DNA from: Eledone cirrhosa
Taxonomy: Eukaryota
NCBI GenBank assembly: GCA_964016885.1
Contig: OZ024741.1
Coordinates: 294,748,001-294,812,000 of the forward strand
Length of the DNA: 64,000 bases
Direction: 5' to 3'
Both the position numbers and the translations under genes were made by a program. Below the pieces are notes generated by a model. That model searched no databases. It saw only the letters and a program-made list of their open reading frames with translations, and was not told the origin of the DNA. Positions 53,943-64,000 of the stretch are shown piece by piece. Position 1 is the stretch's first letter; each line of letters opens with the position of its first letter.

Positions 53943-54604
53943 TTATTTATATATATGCATATATATAAATAAATGTATATATATATACACACACACATAT
54001 AGACAGAGAGAGAGAGAAAGGGAGTGAGAGAGAAACCCCTAAACAATTTAAACTTTTATAATAATGACATGTATGGTATTCTGGTAAAAACAAAAATGCT
54101 AATAAAAATCAGCACATAAAATGTTTTAGATTTCCTTTCATTTATAAAATCTTGGCTCATTTAATGGTGAAAAACATATTCGCTTTATAGTGTTTTCAAT
54201 AAAATTGAAGTATATTTTCACATCAACTACAATTTTAATGTAAATTGCTTTTGATTTTTAACTAAGAAAATTCTTCATATAATTCTTAAACCTTCAATAA
54301 TTATATAAATATTATTATGAGATGATTGTTTGATCAGCTCATAATAGCACTTGAATTACTTAGTCAGTGGCATCTGATACAAGATAATAAAAAGGAATTT
54401 AAAACCTTGAAGATAATACTGCTCATAAATTATTCAAGTTTGAGACACCTTGATAGATATCTTTTAAGCTCTGCATAGATACAGCAAGTTATCTTTCAAT
54501 TCCCCATACTTAAAATTCTTGTAATAATCATAAGGATGCTCATAAAAATTGTTCAACTAAGACAAGAACATTTAATGTTTAAAGTAATATGTATTAATAT
54601 ATAC

Positions 54605-55895
54605 AAAAGGATGTCTGGAAATGTCATTATGAGAGACTGATGAATGTGGAGAATGAATGGAAGAGCGAGAAATTACCCCCAGTAGATCCGACAGAGGGAC
54701 AAGCTATTGAGATTGACGAATATAGGGTCCAAGAGGCGATTAAGGAAATGAAAAATGGTAAGGCTGCTGGACCGTCGGGGATAGTTGCTGAGATGCTGAA
54801 GGCATCAGGGGACGTAAGCTCTAAACTGGTTGCATGCATCATCAATCAGGCTATATATGGTGGTGTCATACCCAAAGACTGGTGCTGCAGTATTCTCATA
54901 AATTGCTACAAAGGTAAAGGGGATGCTCTGGAGAGGAGCAATTATAGGGGCATAAAACTTATGGATCAGGTTATGAAAGTGGCAGAAAGGATATTAGCAC
55001 AACTAATTAGAGAAAGTAGAGAAAGGGCCAAACTAGATGAGATGCAGTTTGGTTTTGTGTACAACAGATGCCCTCTTCTTAGTGAGACAACTACAAGAGA
55101 GGTTCTTAGAGAAGAATAAGCCACTATACTTAGCTTTTGTTGACCTAGAGAAGGCCTTTGATAGGGTACCCCGATATGTCATCTGGTGGTCCCTAAGGAA
55201 ACTAGGTGTTGAGGAATGACTTGTGAGGACAGTGCAAGCTTTGTACAGAGTTGCTATCAGTAAAGTGAGGGTAGGAATGGAGTTTAGTGAGGAATTCCAG
55301 ATACAAGTAGGAGTGCATCAGGGTTCGGTCCTCAGCCCGCTCTTGTTCATTATAGTCCTTCAAACCATAACAGAGGAGTTTAAGACTGGCTGCCCATGGG
55401 AACTTCTCTATACTGATGCTCTGGTTCTTATAGCAGAATCAGTAGAGGAGCTAGAGAATAAATTCTGGCTATGGAAACAGCAGTTGGAATTAAGAGGGCT
55501 GAGAGTGAACCTAGCTAAGACAAAAGTGTTGATGAGTAGAAAAGAGGACAAAACTCTGATTCCATCAGGGAAATGGCCATGTTCGATATGCAGAAAAGGA
55601 ATTGGTATAAATTCTATAAAATGTACACAATGCAGATCTTGGGTACACAAAAGATGTACAGGGAAATTTGACAGTAGAATTCGCATTGATAGACACATTT
55701 TTCAAATGCAGGTGGGTGCTATAGAAGTGGTTGATAGTATCCGGTACCTAGGTGATCAGATTAGCATGGGAGGGGGGTGTTCCGAGGCCATAGTATCTAG
55801 AATAAGGATGGGTTGGAAGAAGTTTAGGGAGCTGACGAAGAAGGGTTTCCCCCCGTGTACGAAGGGCTGGTTATATGTTGCCTATGTGAAGACAT
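54605..55895 (+). mobile_element. Decayed RTE LINE internal fragment (RT plus partial PHD-like finger)
   Basis: ORFs 54640-55119, 55037-55219 and 55223-55957 with RT motifs. YADD degenerated to YTDA; stop codon and frameshift present. Confidence 0.9.
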
Positions 55896-57177
55896 CCTCA
55901 CACCTGGGACCTAACACAAATGCTTGCATCAGAGTGAGTTTTACTAAAAGCATCTAACAACCAGGTGATGGTGTTAAACCTAGGCAACAGATTAAGCCTA
56001 TAGCCCAACATGACCACATGAATACTTTAACTCAGAACACAAAGAACCAGATCAAATACTGCAAGGAACCTTGTATAATGCTTTAATAATTCAATTGTGT
56101 TAATATATTGCCATAGATTGGTACTTTATTTTATTAACTCTGAGCAATGCTGACTTCAGTGGAACTAGACTTATTTCCAATATTTTAGTCTCTTTGTTTG
56201 TTTGGTAATATATCCTGTTTATCAAGTGTTTGTGTGTATGTGTGTGTGTGCGTGTGAAAAATTAAATATATAGCTTGCAACAGTGAAGCTCAAACCTTTG
56301 AAATGAAGCCTCTTGCTCAAGAGCACAATGTGCAGCTCAGTCTAAGATTGATCAAAGTACATGCACATGCATATATGATAGTGCTTTGCACGTGTGTGTA
56401 ATCACAAGTTTTGTGGGATTTAGTTTTTCCTTTATTCTTATTTGATGGTGGATTAGCAGTATATGTAGAGTGTTGGACAACATACTTTGCAGCATCGAGT
56501 TACATCCCTTTGCATTCTAATTAAAATTCTGCTGAGGTTAGCTTTGTCTTTCATCCTTCTGGAGGTCAATAAAATAAAATAACTGTAACACTCTAGGGTC
56601 GATTCAATCAACTTTCTGCTCTCCCAAAATTGTTGGCCTTGTGTCTAAATCAGAAACCATTATTCTATGCCATATGTAACGTTTGAAATTTTTACACTTA
56701 ATATATTACATTACTTAGTTTTCTCTTTGTTGCTTATTCCTATTTCTGAAAGTAAATCAGTTATTTCAATAAACACTCAAGTCTCAAGGATAAACAAATT
56801 ATTGTTTCATGTGTTTCAATACTTGGCTAGTAATCTAACCATCATTCAACCAGTATTTCAATATAAATCTGTAGTAGTAAATAGTTTTAGTTGTTCAAAA
56901 AGTTATCTTTTGCAGAAAAATACATTAAAAATAACAGTACTTTTGAATGATCAAAGTAAATACATTTATGGAAATGTATTCAGTTTGTGAATTAACTTGC
57001 AAAGCTATGTAAATGAATTTTATTAGTTATTCTATATCTGAACAATGTTTATATATTCATACTTTGTCGTTTTGTTTTTGTTATATTGTAATATATCATA
57101 ATGTTCATGTAATTTAGCAAATTCTAAATGAACTTATACCATCTATATATAAATTTGAGCGACTTCCATCCATCCTT

Positions 57178-57302
57178 CCGTCACACACAAGAAATGACTA
57201 AGGAAGGAAGGGGTGATGACGTCACGCATTAGAGATGACTTAGGAAGGAAGGGGTGATGATGTCACACACTAGAGATGATTGAGGAAGGAAGGGGTGATG
57301 AC
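57178..57302 (+). repeat. 41-bp minisatellite, ~3 copies
   Basis: gtcacacactagagatgact.aggaaggaaggggtgatgac repeated. Confidence 0.85.
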
Positions 57303-57862
57303 TACAGAAAACAGCATCCAACATTCACTACACTTGTGTGTACAATCTATATATAAATTTGAGCAACTTATTTTTGTGTGTCTGTATTTGCTCATTTATA
57401 ATAATATACTCATACATGCGTCAGCTGTTGAAAAAAGTTCTAGTATATATATACTTGTGTATATATCACACTGGTTGATAAGTTACATCTACATTTTACA
57501 TATATCCTTGGCTCAATACGTGAATTGAATTCCAGTTTTCTAGGTCCAGTAGATAAGGTGCATGCTGACTTCCACATTGTATCTTCTCAAGCCGAGTGAT
57601 GTATTGCGTCCTTGAGCAAGACACTTTTTCACATCGCTCCAGTTTACTCATCTATAGAAATGAGTTACAACATCACTGGTGCTAAGCTGTATCAGCCATT
57701 GCCTTTCTCTTAGACAACATTGGTGGCATGGAGACTGGCATGCCCGCGCAACTGCTGGTCTTCCACAAAACAACCATGCCCAGATTTGTGCGTCGAAGGG
57801 GAACTTTATATGAATGACCATGGAAATTTGAAATCCCATGTTCATTCATATATATATATTTA

Positions 57863-57978
57863 ATATAGAAATGGCTTCTACAGGACTAGAAATGTTTCAT
57901 TTGGGAGAAATAATCAAGGAGCCCTGATGATTTCTCCCGAATGAAACAGTTCTAGTCCTGTAGAAGCCATTTCTATAT
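57863..57978. repeat. ~57-bp-arm palindrome containing a hammerhead core
   Basis: Arms 57863-57919 and 57922-57978 with about 4 mismatches. Plus arm CTGATGA-tTTC tccc GAAt-GAA-ACAG ttctagtc CTGT-A. Downstream sequence is homologous to 14880-14990. Confidence 0.75.
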
Positions 57979-60900
57979 GAAATATTTATACTCTGCTATG
58001 TATTGAGTACTTTACTTACTGTGGTTACTCCCGATTGAACCCGGGATAAATTATTATTGGTATTAATAGGATAGGAAATATACAGACATATGTGGACATT
58101 CCATGGAAGTTTTATGTCTGTTACAGTATTTCTTCTGTGCCATACTTATTGCCCATTAAATTTTGTAAAAATTAATAAATGTGTTTCTCTGGTCATCAAA
58201 TATTACCTTTATGTAGAGAGATAAAAAGTACCAACTTACATATGTTTGAGAAAATTGCATAGACTTTTATAAATTATTTTAAAACCCATCACAACATGCA
58301 AAGTTTATGACAAGTTTACTTGTGTGTTGACTGATATTAGTGCTTCAAGGCAGAAAGCATTGATTTTTATCTCTGTGAAAATAAAAATAATTTATATATG
58401 ATGACTACGGCAAGGCACTTAGTATCCAGTTAATAGATAGTAACTTGAGTAGAGAAAGAAAAGAGAAATATTGTTGTTAGGGGCATGAATAATGCTGGAA
58501 GGCAATTTTGGATGATTTCTTGTCCTGTTTGGCTGAAACACTATACAATGGATTTTTATCAGTGAACACAATATATCATTGAATCATATTGAACTATAAT
58601 AGGAAGTCTGAAATAGACTAACTTTAGAAGAAGCAGTTCAAAAATACAAAGACGACATAAGGTAACTTAGTAACAGAAAAGAAAAAAATTCAAGATTAGA
58701 AATAATATATGTAATAAAATGAACTGAGAAGCTAAATATAATATGGGGCACATGACTTGTTTTGAAAAATGAATAATATTCACTTCAGTTGATATTAATT
58801 CTGCTTCTCGGTAAACCATCACAGATGACAAGGAAATACTACTAATTAATAGGATTTTTTTTTTAGTTTTTATACAAATGGAGATTCTTTGTTTGATAAG
58901 AATATGAAGAATAAACTGTTTGCTGTTATTAAGTATGATAATAAATATTGACAGTAATTTCAGAGTCATTATCAATGAAGTAGATCTCTATGTGCACTAT
59001 AATTGTAATATATATATATATGTATGTGCATGTGTATGTGTATATATACACACACATGTGTATGTAAGTTGTCAAAGGTTATATGAGATGCAAGCCATTT
59101 GCAGCATTTTAGTAGTTAATTCTCCGGCCTGCTCCTACTCCAACAATGATAAACTTAAGAGATCAGCTCTTGTCCTTCCCATAGTGGAGATGTTTGGAAC
59201 TGATGATGAGAAGTGGCAAAGGCGAGTTAATAGCACTGTAAAAATCAGTTGCTTTGAGTAGACATAACTTGTCAGCTTTTAGAGGCAATCTTTCTAGGAA
59301 AAGGGTAATTTTGATTTCAAGGTCAGAGTAGATGTAACAAGCAAGTGATATCACAAGTAACTAATTAATATCAATATACTCTGACCATGGACACCAGAAT
59401 GAAAACAGTCTGTCCCTAGGCATTGAATAAAGGGTTTGATTCAACATTCTGAAAACATTACTGAATACAATAAGCACCTGAAGAAGATGGGAGAATACAA
59501 GAGTTAAAATATTGATAACAACAACCAAGGTGAAGACACTAGTTTGAATAAATAAATTTATGTATAATAATGGTTTCTGATTTAGGCACAAGGTCAACAA
59601 TTCGAGGAAAAGGGAAAGTCGATTAAATCGACCCAAGGGCATTACCGGTGCTTTATTTTATCAACCCCGTAATGATGAAAAGCAAAGCTAATTTTAGCAG
59701 GATTTGAACTCATAATGTAAAGGGCCGTAACTCTATGGTGCAAAATATGTTGTCTGACACTCTACCAATACTGCCTATTTAAGTATAATAATGATTATTC
59801 CTCATCTCTTAATGAAATTCAAAGAAAGTTTCATGCAGTTTTAGTTGAATAAATGTAACTCAAGTTATTGGTCAACACAAGGCTGCAATAAAAGACATTT
59901 GATCATGGTGATGCATAGTGGGATTAAAACCAGAATCATATGGTTATGAAGCAAACTTCTTAATCAAACAGCTATGCCTGCATCAACTATAGATATTTTC
60001 TATTATTTGCAATGCTGTTAGTGAGAATTGTGTGATTATTGGTGATTTTGACTTGCTATATGTCAGTTGGGACACCAGAATTGCAAATAGATTGACAACT
60101 AATCCAGAAAACAATATTAAATCTAGAACAGACTTTTATAGATATTTTGCTTTAGTTTATTGAAAATGATTTCATATGAGTTTTGCTGTCAGTTGCACTT
60201 GATCAGTTAATTCTCAAAAATAAAATGTTATTAGAAATATTGCATGCCTTTGACCCTGGTTAATAAAAATGGTCTACTTCATTGTTAGAACTTCAACAAA
60301 GTCTGATAATTTTAAAAATATATATAAATTATTGAGAAATGTTCCATTTAAAAAAATATTTTTTCTGCTTTAACTATACGTTAGTATTTCACAATATTAG
60401 AATTTATAAATGTTCAAAATTTTAATAATTCATTGCTTATATTCTGTAGGAAGTGTTTAAAAGGCATCTAATGGGCTTTAATCTTTAGAAAAAAAGCTTC
60501 AATAAATTTCAATAGCTATATTAAATTGCAAGTATTTATTTCATATAATTCTTGATGCAAGAGCTACTTATATTTTTCCAGAATATATTAATACATTTAC
60601 TATTTCTATGTCACTTAATATATGAATTTTAAATTAGCCCTGCTATGAGAGTTCAGTAGAAAAGTGTTAAAATAGGTTAATGTTTGCGATAATGACTAGA
60701 AACAGAAAATGTTTGCAAGCTCTTGAGTGGATGGTTAGAGCAACCAATTCATAGAGAAAAAATGTGTCTAATAGACATATCTTGCCATTTATAATTTTCC
60801 AATGTTCCCTTTTTGATTTTAAATTATGGGTTGGATAGATCTGTTGTACATCATGTCACACTGTTCATGTCTGCCCTGCATTACCTTGTCTGTAACATTC

Positions 60901-61595
60901 AATGCCTGATTGTTGCTTATATTTTAATCACTCATTGTTCATTCAGATGTTCATGTCTGTGTAGTTGATTCTTTTGCATTGATGAACTGATGGATTTAAT
61001 GATTAGCCATTTTCTCTTGTTCCTTGTTGTTGATTAACCATCCAACAGCTCACTCTTGATGCATTTGTCATTGCAAGCAGTGATATTTGTTTATTTTTCA
61101 TCTAGAGATCCCATTGCTCAGTAGTTAGACATGCAAGGGTCCATGCTTTCTTTCTAAAAAAAAAACAAGTGATGGTGGCCTACACACTGTAAAGTGGTTG
61201 GTGATAGGAAGTGCATCCAGCCATAAAAATCTTGCCAAACAAAGAGTTCGGAGGACCCCTCAGTCATGTTAAGGATATGACAGCCTCCCTTGTGTTGGTG
61301 ACTTATACAATAAATACACCCAGTACACACTGTAAAGTGGTTGGTCATAGGAATGGTATCTGGCCATAGAAAGCTTGCCAAATAAAGGGTTGGTAGGCCC
61401 TCAGTTATGCCAAAGGCATGAAAACCTCTTCTGTGCATGTGGTAGAATGTGAGACCATACATAAGTTAGATGACAGATACTTGGCTTGTCTCAGAGATCA
61501 GTATCCCTACTTCAGTACTGACTTGCTTTATGCTGACCTGTCTAACCCTTGCTTGCAGGGAAAGTGGACATTAAAATGACAATATGGATGATGAT

Positions 61596-61766
61596 TGTTG
61601 TGCGTTCTAATATTGCAAAACTAAAGCTCCAATTCCAAGCTTTTATTCAATATCTAGAATATAAAAACAGTAATTAGTCTTGAAGAAATATAACAATAAT
61701 ATTTGTAAGAAAAGAAAGATATGCAATAAAACAAAGTTATATTGAAGATAGATGAACTTCATAACA
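61596..61766 (-). repeat. 3' LTR (171 bp) of the Gypsy element
   Basis: On minus it follows the integrase stop and a purine-rich AAAATCGGCAAAGAA. Begins TGTT, ends AACA, contains AATAAA. Confidence 0.75.
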
Positions 61767-64000
61767 TTCTTTGCCGATTTTATTGTTCTTCAATATAGTG
61801 CTTGGGGGCTACGCGTATATGATTGCTTCGTCTCACGGGGTCAACAGGAACTTGCGGTAGGATGCTAGTGCTATTTGCCACGGGATTTAAATCAATCACG
61901 GTTTCATCTAAGAGTAGATCGTTACAGTGGTCGATGTTATGTGGTCTCAGCATATCAGCAGGACTGCTAATCGAACTGTTTTCTTGGATGGATTGATTGT
62001 CATTATTTTGACAATTAATTGGGCCAGGGGAGAGGTCTGCTGTTGAGACTGTACTAGATCTTCCATTTTGATATCTGACAACCGCGAAATTAGCATTCAC
62101 CATCTGTTCGATAATAACTTTATTCACTAATGGGTCGTTCTTTGTACGAATAAAGTTTCTAATATAGGCGTCGTTTCCAACTCTAAGCCAATCTGGTAGG
62201 GAAAATCCTAAGGAACCCTTTCGATCAAATCTAAATATGCGGTTATGGGGTGTCTCATTAGTCGCTGTACAGAGAAGTGATCGTTGCGAGGCAAGAACTT
62301 CTGGTATGATATCTTCCCACTTAGTTTCTTTAAGTTTGCGCGAGTTAATTATGCATTGAATTCCTTTCCAGAGGACTCCGTTGTAGCGCTCGTTTTGGCC
62401 ATTTCCTTGTGGATGGTACGGCGAAGTGCGCGTGTGGGATATACCATTGGACAAGCAGAAATGATCGAATTCTTTGGAGAGAAACTGAGTTCCTCGATCG
62501 AAGTGTATGAATGAGGGAGCTCCGAATATTGAAAAGATTTGTTTGAGACAGTTAATGACAGTGTTTGAGGTGATGTCACGCATACCGAAAGCAAAAAGGA
62601 ATCTGCTGAATTCGTCTACTGCAGTCAATAAGTATATGTTTCCTGCTTTTGAAGATTTTGGTTTTGGTCCAACGATATCGATTGACAGACGTTCGAACGG
62701 GTTGTTGACTTAATGAGTTTAGCAGATGGAGGCTTGAAGAATTTCGTCTACGGAAAAGGGCAGGTTATGGCGTCGGATATAATCGTAAAATCTAGTTACT
62801 CCTAGGTGTGCTAGTTGGTCGTGGAGTACTTTTAAATCACAGGGTGGCGATATAGCTGCAGCGATTCTTGAAAGACAATCGGCTTGGGTGTTGAGGTAGC
62901 CGGGTTTGTAGTCAATGTCAAATTGATGCTCTGATAGTTCTAAACGCCAGCGAGATATTTTATAATTTTTGATTCGTGATTTTTTACTCGAGAAAATGAA
63001 GGCTACTGGTTTTTGGTCAGTCCGTATAATCGTATGAAAACACTTCACGTATTGCGACCATCTCCGTACAGCTTCAATAATAGCCATAGCTTCTCGCTCC
63101 ACAGTTGATTGTCTTTTCTCGGACGGTGTAAGTGTTCTCGACAGGAAGGCCACGGGCCGTTCGTTTTGAGAAAGTATAGCTCCGATTGCATCGCCAGACG
63201 CATCCGTTTCTATTACCAATGCGTGGTCAGTTTTAAGAGGAATGCTAAGAGCGGCATTAGAGATATCTGCTTTCATGGCTTGTATTACATCTGTAGCTAC
63301 TTTATTCAGCGGGAACGAGTCAGCTTGTAATAGTGGTTGGATTTTCTTCGAGTAATCGGCAATCTACCTAGCATTATAGGCTAGGAATCCAAGGAATCGT
63401 TTCAGTTGTTGTTTGTTTGTTGGAATCGGGTTTCTTTACTCCGTTCTGAATGTTATAACCTAGTATAGATATACTCGTTTGGCAGATTTTACTCTTATCC
63501 GAGTTAAGAGTTAGGTTTTCTGTCTTCACGGCGTTTAATAATGCTTCCACATTTCTATCATGTTCAGCTTTGGTATATCCCGTGACTATGACGTTGTCAA
63601 TATAGGCATAGGTTTTGAGTAAGTTATATTTCTCTATAACTTGATCCATAATTCTCTGAAAAACAGGTACAGCGTTAGTCACGCCAAAGGGTAAGCAGCA
63701 GAATTGGTAGAGTTTGTGATTAGCCTGAAATGCCGTTAGAGGTTTGTCGATTTTTCTTAAAGGTGATACGCTGATTTGAGGTCGAATTCTGAAAAATATT
63801 TATCCTGTGCCACTTTGTTAACAACATCCTCAATGTCGGGGGATGGATAGGCATCCAATTGTGTATACTTATTAATTGTCTGGGAGTAGTCTACCACGAG
63901 TCGAGGTTTCTTTCCGTGTACTATGAAGCACTGAGCTCACCAAGTTGAAATTGATTCCTCAATGATACCGGCTTCTAGGAGGCGAGTTATTTTGGACTTA
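61596..64000 (-). mobile_element. Ty3/Gypsy LTR retrotransposon, decayed pol plus 3' LTR (continues past the window)
   Basis: Order RT (PFGVTNAVPVFQR, AYIDNVIV) > RNase H (ETDASGDAIGAILSQ, EREAMAI, TDQKP) > integrase (VDEFSRF, DRGTQF, SPYHPQGNGQNERYN). Several frameshifts. Confidence 0.93.

Overview
AT-rich metazoan genomic DNA with no recognisable host protein-coding gene. The repeat repertoire resembles that of octopus/cephalopod genomes (inference). The window is a dense nest of transposable elements around roughly 15 kb of imperfect (TA)n arrays and one 200-N gap. The central feature is a near-complete Penelope-like element (PLE; RT plus C-terminal GIY-YIG, 31510-33636). It has an inverted pseudo-LTR and a type I hammerhead ribozyme (HHR), and its three frameshifts are all 1-nt homopolymer losses. 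A second PLE family is present as two minus-strand 3' fragments that the ORF track misses. Several further HHR-bearing PLE-like termini have unusual catalytic-core variants, and some are folded into palindromes. Also present: seven RTE-clade LINE fragments (the longer ones with a PHD-like finger after the RT core), a decayed Ty3/Gypsy element with its 3' LTR, tRNA-derived SINEs, MITEs, a tRNA-Asp pseudogene, a tandem ~600-bp element with a candidate HDV-like fold, and a direct-repeat-flanked insert with a rod-like hairpin. All RNA structures were folded by eye and are untested.
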